DNA of 63,782 bases, counting the filler, from Octopus bimaculoides (lineage: Eukaryota): assembly GCF_001194135.2 (NCBI RefSeq). It is 8 parts of 7 records of this genome, joined end to end, with 100 filler letters (N's around TTAATTAATTAA, not from the genome) between each part and the next. Parts side by side here need not be neighbours in the genome. Positions count along the whole stretch, not along the records: positions 1 to 5,722 come from NC_068997.1; positions 5,823 to 9,059 come from NC_068996.1; positions 9,160 to 20,172 come from NC_068981.1; 5 more parts are not named here. One strand, given 5' to 3'. Shown one piece after another: positions 1 through 9,384 of this stretch. The position numbers and the translations under genes are program-made. The notes beneath the pieces were generated by a model, which saw only the letters and a program-made list of their open reading frames with translations, made no database searches and was not told the origin of the DNA. Position 1 is the stretch's first letter; every line of letters starts with the position of its first letter.

Positions 1-344
1 ATTGGGTCGACATACGGCAGGCTCTCTTTCTCCCATTCATTCTCTTTATTAAGCAATCTATCGTAGTGGCATCTCCAGACCTCTTTCTTTGCATCCTCAT
101 TTAATGCAAGCGTACCATCATCCATGCGAACACATTTCTCTCCTACAACATCACTATTCTCTCTCCTACACTGTCTTGCAACACGAAATACCTCGAGTCT
201 TTGGTCCTCACGGCGCAGAACATTGGCAAATCTTTCCTTATCTGCTTCCCCTCTGGCTAAATAAACCTGTCGCCTAGCCTCCCTTCTGGCACATTGGTAC
301 AATTCCCTGCTACCACCGTTCTTCCAGTCCTTCCAAGCCTGTTT
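1..344 (-). mobile_element. RTE-clade LINE ORF2 fragment (linker between endonuclease and RT), running off the window
   Basis: Manual minus-strand translation is stop-free for 114 codons: KQAWKDWKNGGSRELYQCARREARRQVYLARG...EKCVRMDDGTLALNEDAKKEVWRCHYDRLLNKENEW. This resembles the RTE 'W..HY..LLN.EN.W' linker. Not in the ORF track because it has no start codon. Confidence 0.8.
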
Positions 345-379
345 ATATATATATACTTATATATACACACACATAATAT

Positions 380-530
380 GAGCTTCTTTCAGTTTCTGTC
401 TATCAAATCCACTCACAAAGCTTTGGTTGTCCCTAGGCTATAATAGAAGAATCTCTCCCAGGGTGCTGCGCAATACTACTGGACCCAACCCACGGGGATG
501 GGGAAACAAGCTTCTTAACCACACAGCCAT
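380..530 (-). mobile_element. tRNA-derived SINE, 5' half (family A)
   Basis: GAGCTTCTTTCAGTTTCTGTCTATCAAATCCACTCAC...CTTCTTAACCACACAGCCA, homologous to 32917-33016 and 62300-62424. The minus strand starts with box-A-like TGGCTGTGTGG. Confidence 0.75.
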
Positions 531-840
531 GTGTGCACACCTATACATACCCACACCTGCACCTATTTTCATCAACCAATGTTGATAAAAATAAATACCA
601 GTTATATGCGGAATAAATAATTCAGTTGGCTTGAAATCTGTGAACTTTAGGCTACTTCTGAAAAATTGATCAAAAACATGGAGGAAATCAATACAGCAAT
701 TTTTTTTCTGTAAATTTTGTGGTTGTTTTTGTTGTCTTTGATGTGATAACTTTCTTCTGTTACACTTCTCACACTCTCCCTCTGCATTGCTCTTCCTGTT
801 TCTCTAACTTTTTACCTCCCTTTGATCTCTCTTTCCTTAG

Positions 841-1060
841 ATGTCCTGCTCCTCTCTCTCTCTCTTCACCATCTATTTTTCATCATATCTCTAGTTTCTT
901 ATATGTCCTGCTCCTTCCTCTCTCTCTCTCTTCACTATTGTTCATCATATCTCTCTTGCCTTATATGTCCTGCTCTTTCCTCTCTCTTCACCACCTATCA
1001 TTCATCATATCTCTCTTTCCTTACATGATCTCCTCCTTCCCCTCTCTCTCTCACTTCTGT
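841..1060. repeat. CT-rich minisatellite, ~62-bp unit x ~3.5
   Basis: ATGTCCTGCTC recurs at 841, 903 and 965, with a degenerate copy at 1025. Confidence 0.8.
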
Positions 1061-1324
1061 TTCCTTCCTTTCTTCTTCAACTGTCTCTCCTCTGCTTCAA
1101 TAGACCTGTGGGACAGATGTAGACAAACACCCAATCATCTAATCACCTAATCAATCAATCAGACGATTGACGTTCTTATCAGGCGAGAAACATGTGTTTT
1201 CTCCATTTTAAAGACAGCATGGAATCGGTTGAAGCCTGACAATGGATAAATCTCTTGTGAAGTCAGACCATAATTTGCGTTCTGATAGTAAATCATAAAC
1301 AAATGCCAAAACTAATTTGCTTAT

Positions 1325-1385
1325 TCATCATCATTTAACGTCTGTTTTCAATGCTGGAATGGGTTGGATGGCTCAACAGGATCCT
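1325..1385 (-). mobile_element. RTE LINE extreme 3' end fragment
   Basis: ATCATCATCATTTAACGTCTGTTTTCAATGCTGGAATGGGTTGGA matches 3885-3935 and the reverse complement of 4645-4690. Confidence 0.6.
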
Positions 1386-1386
1386 C

Positions 1387-1730
1387 TGTGTGTATGTGTG
1401 TGTGTGTGTGCGCATGTATGACTATGTGTGTGCGTGTATGATTGTGTGTTTATGTATGTGTGCACATATATATATATATACGCATGTGTATTTGTGTACG
1501 CTTGTATATATATATATATGTATTATTTGAGTATATGTACACATATATATACATTTGTGTGTATATATATGTACATATATGCATGTATATTTGTACATGT
1601 GTGTATGTATATGCATTTGTGTATATATGCATGTGTATAAATATGCTGTTATGTACTTATGTGTGTATATAAGTGTGTGTGTGTTTGCATTTGTATGTAT
1701 ACTATACAAATATAAACACACACATATATA
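1387..1730. repeat. (TG)n/(TA)n compound microsatellite
   Basis: Visible dinucleotide runs; source of several spurious ORFs. Confidence 0.9.
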
Positions 1731-2791
1731 TTCCCTGGTTGACTTATTTCACCCCACCCCACCATCAACTCACACTCTTTAATTCCTGAGTGTACGTCCC
1801 ACCCTCAACTTCTCTCACTTCCCCTTTTCCCCTTTCTTTCTTTTTGCACTGAACTGTTTTCATGACTCACTTTAGGGTAACCCAAAGTATTTCACAAAAA
1901 TCAATCAATACCAGCCAATACACACACACACACACACAGATCAAAAATTATTACCGATCTATCACTCAATTTAACCAANNNNNNNNNNNNNNNNNNNNNN
2001 NNNNNNNNNNNNNNNNNNNNNNNNNNNNNNNNNNNNNNNNNNNNNNNNNNNNNNNNNNNNNNNNNNNNNNNNNNNNNNNNNNNNNNNNNNNNNNNNNNNN
2101 NNNNNNNNNNNNNNNNNNNNNNNNNNNNNNNNNNNNNNNNNNNNNNNNNNNNNNNNNNNNNNNNNNNNNNNNNNNNNNNNNNNNNNNNNNNNNNNNNNNN
2201 NNNNNNNNNNNNNNNNNNNNNNNNNNNNNNNNNNNNNNNNNNNNNNNNNNNNNNNNNNNNNNNNNNNNNNNNNNNNNNNNNNNNNNNNNNNNNNNNNNNN
2301 NNNNNNNNNNNNNNNNNNNNNNNNNNNNNNNNNNNNNNNNNNNNNNNNNNNNNNNNNNNNNNNNNNNNNNNNNNNNNNNNNNNNNNNNNNNNNNNNNNNN
2401 NNNNNNNNNNNNNNNNNNNNNNNNNNNNNNNNNNNNNNNNNNNNNNNNNNNNNNNNNNNNNNNNNNNNNNNNNNNNNNNNNNNNNNNNNNNNNNNNNNNN
2501 NNNNNNNNNNNNNNNNNNNNNNNNNNNNNNNNNNNNNNNNNNNNNNNNNNNNNNNNNNNNNNNNNNNNNNNNNNNNNNNNNNNNNNNNNNNNNNNNNNNN
2601 NNNNNNNNNNNNNNNNNNNNNNNNNNNNNNNNNNNNNNNNNNNNNNNNNNNNNNNNNNNNNNNNNNNNNNNNNNNNNNNNNNNNNNNNNNNNNNNNNNNN
2701 NNNNNNNNNNNNNNNNNNNNNNNNNNNNNNNNNNNNNNNNNNNNNNNNNNNNNNNNNNNNNNNNNNNNNNNNNNNNNNNNNNNNNNNNNNN

Positions 2792-3330
2792 GTGTTGTTG
2801 TTGTGGTGGTGGTGGTGGTGGTTGTGTTGTGGTGGTGGTGGTGGTGGTTGGTGTTGTTGTTGGTCTGGGTGGCGCTGATGATAATTGGTTAGAAATGTTT
2901 GCTGTGGGGAGAATGGTTCTAGTGGTAACAGAGGTAGAGGCAGAAGTAATGATGGTGGTAGTGAAAACAGATGTAGAAGTGGTAGTGAGTTTGATGTTGA
3001 TGATGATGATGGTGGTGGTGGTGGTGACAATTGGTTAGAAATACTGTTTGTTAGAGAGATAGTTCTGGTGGTGGTGGTGGTGGTGGTGGTGGTGATATTG
3101 ATAGAAACAGTAATTGCTGGGTGATGGTTCTGGTGGTAATGATGGGGGGGGGTGAGAATAGCTGCAGTAGTTGTCATCGTGGTGGTGGTGGTGGTGGTGA
3201 TTAATGATTTGTGGTGGGAACACATGATGGTGGTGAAAATTCATGGTGATGGTAGTGGAGGAAATGACTTCGAAGATGATGTTGGAGGGGGTGGGGACAA
3301 CCACTGATGGTAGTAATTATGGTTGGTAGT
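2792..3330. repeat. (GGT)n/(GAT)n trinucleotide low-complexity tract
   Basis: Many GGT runs, plus an internal duplicated motif GATAATTGGTTAGAAAT / GACAATTGGTTAGAAAT. Confidence 0.85.
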
Positions 3331-3463
3331 GTTGCTGGTTTAAGGTTATGTTAGCCCCTAATTAGCAGGACTGTACACAAAAAATATTGCAGCCGGTATT
3401 GACCATCCCTACTGAGTTAATTATTTTTATGCTATTGTTATTATTATCATTTATTATTATTAT

Positions 3464-3846
3464 AGATGTTGCACAGTATACAATATCATGAGGTTGTTGA
3501 TTGAAGATATTGTGCCTGCTGGGGGTTTGTACTGTTTGTCAAGTCACAACAAGAACCTCAGACAGACAGTACTTTAATCAATATGCATTCAGTTCCAAGT
3601 AATGCCAACTTTTGCAATACACCTAAATTGTTGGGTATCCCTAAGGTTTTCGGATTGCATGGTATTGGGTGGTATTGAACCCAATGCTCCAATGACAATA
3701 GGGATAACCTTTATGTTTGATTCTCGTAACTGCCACATTTTAGCGATCTCAATTCTCAGGTCTCCATATTTATCAACCTTTTCTCTTTCTTTCATGATGA
3801 TGTGTTGATCTCCTAGCACTGCCACATCAATTATAAGGCACTCTTG

Positions 3847-3850
<4 letters not shown>
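3464..3850 (-). mobile_element. 5'-truncated R4/Dong-like non-LTR retrotransposon (restriction-enzyme-like endonuclease C-terminus and 3' UTR)
   Basis: Translation CLIIDVAVLGDQHIIMKEREKVDKYGDLRIEIAKMWQ...KVIPIVIGALGSIP, then after a frameshift LGVLQKLALLGTECILIKVLSV*. These match D..E/K..KY, V.P.V.GALG and LQK..LLGT motifs. Flanked by (TAA)n on both sides. Confidence 0.8.
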
Positions 3851-3881
<31 letters not shown>

Positions 3882-3883
<2 letters not shown>

Positions 3884-3975
3884 TCAGCATCATCGTTTAA
3901 CGTCTGCTTTCCATGCTAGCATGGGTTGGACGATTTGACTGAGGACTGGTGAACCAGGAGGCAACACCAGGCTCC
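3882..3975 (-). mobile_element. RTE LINE 3' end, cut by gap
   Basis: Reverse complement of 4600-4690, with a few substitutions and an (ATG)n-like tail. Confidence 0.75.
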
Positions 3976-4394
3976 NNNNNNNNNNNNNNNNNNNNNNNNN
4001 NNNNNNNNNNNNNNNNNNNNNNNNNNNNNNNNNNNNNNNNNNNNNNNNNNNNNNNNNNNNNNNNNNNNNNNNNNNNNNNNNNNNNNNNNNNNNNNNNNNN
4101 NNNNNNNNNNNNNNNNNNNNNNNNNNNNNNNNNNNNNNNNNNNNNNNNNNNNNNNNNNNNNNNNNNNNNNNNNNNNNNNNNNNNNNNNNNNNNNNNNNNN
4201 NNNNNNNNNNNNNNNNNNNNNNNNNNNNNNNNNNNNNNNNNNNNNNNNNNNNNNNNNNNNNNNNNNNNNNNNNNNNNNNNNNNNNNNNNNNNNNNNNNNN
4301 NNNNNNNNNNNNNNNNNNNNNNNNNNATTATCCCCCTCCCCACAAAATCCAAGCCATGTGCCTATAGTAGAGAGGATTGCTTTAGTGGCACATG

Positions 4395-4690
4395 AAAAAA
4401 CATTCAAGCGAGGTCATTGCCAGTGCCGCTGGACTGGCTCCTGTGCAGGTGGCACGTAAAAAAACACCATTTGAGCATGGCCGTTGCCAGTACTGCCTGA
4501 CTGGCCCTCTTGCCGGTGGCACGTAAAAGCACCCACTACACTCTCGGAGTGGTTGGTATTAGGAAGGGCATCCAGCTGTAGAAACTGCCAGATCAGATTG
4601 GAGCCTGGTGCAGCCATCTGGTTCGCCAGTCCTCAGTCAAATCGTCCAACCCATGCTAGCATGGAAAGTGGACGTTAAACGATGATTATT
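4395..4690 (+). mobile_element. RTE LINE 3' UTR with internal GGCACGTAAAA subrepeats
   Basis: Contains GGTTGGTATTAGGAAGGGCATCCAGCTGTAGAAAC (RTE/Expander-type 3' motif) and ends GGACGTTAAACGATGAT followed by (ATT)n. Confidence 0.75.
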
Positions 4691-5164
4691 ATTATTATCA
4701 TTATCATATTGCCGAGCAATGGTTCATTCATTATCTAGCTGAAAGTGTGTGGTGCATGTTGAGGACCTTGATGGGTGCTAACGCAGCCAATGCATGGCCC
4801 TTAGTCAAGGACAGTGTTGGTTGGGGAGTTTAACTGGGCTTGTATGTCTGTCAACTGATAACATAGGCACCCCTAAGCAAGCTCAGCCTGGACAGAAACC
4901 ACACATTGCACAAAAAGGCAAAAGATCACTCAGTCTTCATTTCCAGTATTGACTGCAAAGGCATAGCCCATTGGTCCTTTCTAGAAAGTAGCAAGCTATG
5001 TGTCTACTGCGAAGTGCCAGACAAGCATTCTCAGGGATACCACTTTTTGATCCTTCGGAGTTCAGATCTTCCAATCTTACAACAAAGCAGAATTCATAAA
5101 GAATTGGATTGTTTGTCCACTAATAAGGAATGTGAAGCTGGGATTAGAGTGTTGTGAGACAGAT

Positions 5165-5285
5165 TAGTTTTAGCCGTTTAGCATTTCAACCAGCCATATC
5201 CAGTCAAAATATTATTCTCATTGTCTTCAAACTGGCCAGATCCAGCCTCTCACACCTACCCTACAATGTCATTCTAAAAATAAAC
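5165..5285. mobile_element. Fragment of an abundant short interspersed repeat (MITE-like)
   Basis: TTTAGCATTTCAACCAGCCATATCCAGTC...CTCTCACACCTACCCTACAATGTCATTCTAAAAATAAAC, recalled as an octopus repeat. No second copy in the window. Confidence 0.4.
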
Positions 5286-5554
5286 ACATCCAGAGCCAAT
5301 CCAGATTGGAGAGATTTGTTGTTTAATTATTTTAATTCATCTTTCAGACAGTGTGTACCCACATTACTCAGTGTCCTTCTTTCTTTTAGCATGATAGACT
5401 TAGCTGCTATTTTTAGAAGTTGGATCACCATATGGAAGCTTACTCATGTATATGTATGTCAACATGTGTGTGTGTGTGTGTGTTTTTATTGTGTGTGTAG
5501 ATATATTTTTTTTTATTCTTTTACTTAATTATATTTCTATTTCTATTTTGACAG

Positions 5555-5678
5555 TGTTGCAAAAATTCTTGATGGTAAAGGTGCTGGTAAGAAGGGCCGA
5601 TTCCAAGGAAAAGCAAACAAAATGGCAAATCGCGATGAAGCAATCAAAGTAATTCGAGAAAAACTCATGTTATCTTAA
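5555..5678 (+). CDS. AARSD1: Last coding exon of alanyl-tRNA editing protein AARSD1 (AlaXp), C-terminal domain
   Basis: Pyrimidine tract plus TTTTGACAG acceptor ending at 5554. The phase-2 exon translates (x)VAKILDGKGAGKKGRFQGKANKMANRDEAIKVIREKLMLS*, matching the recalled human AARSD1 C-terminus VAEVLEGKGAGKKGRFQGKATKMSRR. Upstream exons were not found in the window. Confidence 0.9.
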
Positions 5679-5871
5679 AGAAGGTTTTGAAGAAAAAGCA
5701 ACTTTTGTGAAATGAAATACTGNNNNNNNNNNNNNNNNNNNNNNNNNNNNNNNNNNNNNNNNNNNNTTAATTAATTAANNNNNNNNNNNNNNNNNNNNNN
5801 NNNNNNNNNNNNNNNNNNNNNNGGAAAAAAGTCAAGGTAGAAAATGCTAAAATAATTTTATAAAAACATTT

Positions 5872-5907
5872 CAGTACCGGTTTCAGTCATTGAGACTTTT
5901 TCAACTG
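5872..5907 (-). ncRNA. Minimal type I hammerhead-ribozyme-like motif (U3-A8 core) in a putative PLE pseudo-LTR fragment
   Basis: Minus strand: CAG|TTGAAAA|AGTC tcaat GACT|GAAA|CCGG|TA^CTG. This gives stem I CAG/CTG, a 4-bp stem II, palindromic stem III ACCGGT and a GUA cleavage triplet. Confidence 0.6.
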
Positions 5908-6710
5908 TAAGTATGGAAAACAATTAAATTTTGGAAAAATTAAAAGAAAAGTTTTTTAAAAGAATATTTGTATAATATTCAAATACAAGGGGCATTTTCC
6001 TTGTTTCTGCCTGTCTCTCTCTCTCTCTCTCTTGTTTATATAATTGTGGACTAAACGTATATGTGCTCCAAAGTGTACATATAGTTTTAATGAAATAATT
6101 TTCATCGTCATGCTCAATTTCTTCGTTATTTGCTGCCAGGACATTAAGTTTATACAATGGGGAAATAAATGAAAAGACTCCTCTTCTATACAAGATGTAA
6201 GGTTGACATGAGGATGACTAATTCATAACTAGTCTTTCATTCAGAATGTTTTGTTTCAATGTCAATAGCTTTCATCAGCTGGGGGAAAACAGAATGAGTC
6301 TACGAACTTTTCTATAAAGTTGCTAGTCGTGGGGATTTTGGTATATATTAATATTCATACGCACATACACACACAGATGCATATACACACGCAGATGCAC
6401 ATACACACAGTATATATATATATATATATATNNNNNNNNNNNNNNNNNNNNNNNNNNNNNNNNNNNNNNNNNNNNNNNNNNNNNNNNNNNNNNNNNNNNN
6501 NNNNNNNNNNNNNNNNNNNNNNNNNNNNNNNNNNNNNNNNNNNNNNNNNNNNNNNNNNNNNNNNNNNNNNNNNNNNNNNNNNNNNNAATTTCCATTAAAT
6601 TACTTTGACGTCATATATCATGTTAAAGCCCATTTTTCGCTTTATCTAATCGTGTTACTCTTTTTCTTTTTGAATAATTAGGCCATTTTTTTCGGAACGT
6701 TGAATACAAC

Positions 6711-7699
6711 ATGGACAAAAGCAAATTTGCACAATTTTCTTATTCCAGTTCAAGCTAGGCCGAAAAGCTGCTGAAACAGCTCGCGATATCAACGATGCGT
6801 TTGGCCCAGGAACCACTAATTAACGCACAGCACAATGGTGGTTCAAGAAATTTCGTAGCGGTGACGAGAGTCTTGAAGATGATAAGCGTAGTGGTCGGCC
6901 ATCGGATGTTGACAACGATCAACTAAGAGCCTTAGTCTAAACCAATCCACGCACAACTGCTCGAGAGCTTGCTTCTGAATTAGACGTAACGTATATGACA
7001 ATTTCCAACCACTCGAAAGAGATTGGAAAAACAAAAATACTTCAGAAATGGGTGCCGCACAAATTGAACGACAACCAAAAAAAACCCCCCAAAAAACGCC
7101 ATTTTGAAGTGTCGTCTTCCCTTCTTTTACGCAACAAGAACGACCCGTTTCTCGACCGGATTGTGACTTGCGATGAAAAGTGGATTCTTTACGACAACCC
7201 GCGATGCTCAGCTCAGTAGTTGGACGCCGACGAAGCCCCACGGCACTTCCCGAATCAAAGCTGCACCAAAAGAAGGTCATGGTGACTGTTTGGTAGTCTG
7301 CAGTCGGTCTCATCCATCACAGCTTTTTGGATCCAGGCGAAACCATTACGGCAGAGAAGTACTGTCAGCAAATGAATGAAATGCATAAGAAACTCCGACA
7401 ACAACAACCCGCATTGGTCAATAGAAAAGGACCAATTCTTCTACACGACAACGCTCGGCCGTACGTCGCACAGCTGACCCTATAGAAGTTGAACAGATTG
7501 GGCTATGAAACTCTGCCTCATCCGCCATACCGACTACCACTTTTTCAAATATCTCGGCAACTTCCTGCGTGAGAAATGCTTCAAAAACCAAGACGATGCC
7601 AAACACGCCTTCACCGACTTCACCACCACCAGAACGCAGGATTTTTACGCTACTGGCATAAATGAACTTGTTTCGCGTTGACAAAAGTGTGTTGATTCT
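6711..7699 (+). pseudogene. Mariner (DD34D) transposase pseudogene, cecropia/Hsmar1-like
   Basis: MDK...FQFKLGRKAAETARDINDAFG...WFKKFRSGDESLED..RSGRPS, WVPH.L, IVTCDEKWILYDN, LLHDNARP and ELVSR*QKCVDS. Multiple stops and frameshifts; the YSPDL motif is deleted. TIRs not visible. Confidence 0.92.
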
Positions 7700-7703
7700 G
7701 GAC

Positions 7704-8121
7704 TACAACAGGACTCTGCACTATGCCACACAAGCAGGAGAACCCAGTCATAGCTGTCACAATTTCTGCAACCACATCACTCCTAACATCTGGCCACCTA
7801 ACTCTGCAGATTGCAACTCCCTTGATTATTATGTGTGGGGCGTAGTTGAGCGAAAGACCAACAAAACTTCTTGTAGCACCAAAGGGGAACTGTAAGCAAG
7901 GATTATGGCAGGATTCACCAACTTAAAGAAGGAGACCATCCAGAAGAGTTTCAGGGGATTCTGAAGTCGTCTGGAGGCCGTGGTTGAAGCCAATGGCGAT
8001 TTTATTGAATAAATTTACTCTTTAGTATTTCAAGATATTTTAGTGTAATTTTGGTAAATATATCTGTTAAAATATTATTTTCAATCTTGTGTGATTTAGA
8101 CAATATATTCACAGCACCCTG
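7704..8121 (+). mobile_element. 3' half of a maT/DD37D-like (Bmmar1-type) transposon with right TIR
   Basis: QQDSA.CHTSRRTQS, HITPNIWPPNSADCNSLDYYVWGVVER and LEAVVEANGDFIE*. Ends CAGCACCCTG+TA. Same family as 62856-63737. Confidence 0.85.
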
Positions 8122-8133
8122 TATCCTTGTATG

Positions 8134-8171
<38 letters not shown>

Positions 8172-8172
<1 letters not shown>

Positions 8173-8370
8173 CGCCATGATTGATCACTAGCCACTAAAC
8201 CATTTATATTTCCTCTCTCTGTTTATTTCTGTATTCCTTTCTGTTGAAGAGCGTAGGCTCGAAACGTAAAAGAGCTTCTCACTTCCCAAGCGTTAAACTA
8301 ATACATCCGTTTGTTGTTTACACACTCGTTTTCGTCTTTTGTTTTGTTTTGTTTTTGTAAACTCCAACTA
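8172..8370 (+). mobile_element. Penelope-like pseudo-LTR fragment (family P1)
   Basis: Homologous to 38010-38205 and, inverted, to 11677-11790. Carries a hammerhead-like fold and ends in (TA)n. Confidence 0.65.
8237..8272 (+). ncRNA. Minimal hammerhead-like motif with A6U core
   Basis: CTTT|CTGTTGA|A|GAGC gtag GCTC|GAAA CG TA^AAAG; stem III is the palindrome ACGT. Confidence 0.5.
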
Positions 8371-8561
8371 TATATATATAAATGAAGGCGGCTACAAGCA
8401 ATATAAAACCACAAAGGAAAACTTCAGTTGTTTCTAATTGTAACTGACACTACAGGGTAGCACCTATATTGTGAGAAATAAGAGCCAAAAATTCTTAAGG
8501 CCGCAAAGAAGTACATGTCAATGCACTGACAGGAGACACAGCTGTCCCACAGGAAACTAGA

Positions 8562-8611
8562 TCATCATACTAATCTAGTTTCGCTTTGAATTGATAGCTC
8601 ATCGGTGATGA
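8562..8611 (-). ncRNA. Type I hammerhead-ribozyme-like motif (U4C)
   Basis: Minus strand: TCATCA|CCGATGA|GCT atcaattcaa AGC|GAA|ACTA gat TAGT|A^TGATGA. This gives a 6-bp stem I, 3-bp stem II, 4-bp stem III and a GUA triplet. Confidence 0.65.
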
Positions 8612-9028
8612 CTACTCCATCGCTGGATAGTTTAGTTAAATCCCAACTGTCAGTATATAGTGTTTACCATATGAATTTATAACTGATTCAGTAAAATGAT
8701 AATGTGAAAATCATAGAATAACGAAGGTGTCTATAAACAATATAAAATCCAATAGGAAAAATTCAATTGGCGGTACGTGTATCACATGTATTCCTTTGTT
8801 ACAGCTGTTTCAACAACAAGTCTTAAATAAATCATTTAATAATTTGGAAAACATGAATATGAGCAACGATTATGTAAAATTGATCATGTGTTATCGATTA
8901 CATAATATAAAATCCATAATCTTTTCATCATGACCTAATAAATAAATCAATATGAGAAAAAGCTGGATTAATTCATTTATATACAGATACAGTATTTGGA
9001 GTATCGACTGTATCTATATATCTATATA

Positions 9029-9059
<31 letters not shown>

Positions 9060-9159
9060 NNNNNNNNNNNNNNNNNNNNNNNNNNNNNNNNNNNNNNNNN
9101 NNNTTAATTAATTAANNNNNNNNNNNNNNNNNNNNNNNNNNNNNNNNNNNNNNNNNNNN

Positions 9160-9192
<33 letters not shown>

Positions 9193-9384
9193 GGATGTGT
9201 GTATTTTTCCCTTGTTTACAATTAACACGGAAAAAATAGATAAACAGTTACTGGGGCAGCAAAAAATCACACAAGTAATAAGGACGTAACACCCTGTTTG
9301 TAAAGGTAGAAACTCCGGATTGATGTGAAATATTTTGTATAATATATATAAATAAATAAATGGAGTTAAACACAGGTGTTATTC

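Noticed and set aside
5767-5778. TTAATTAATTAA islands inside N runs (also 9104, 20217, 31669, 39129, 60493, 62545)
   Set aside because: An identical 12-mer with stops in all six frames, always centred in gaps, is an assembly spacer rather than biology.
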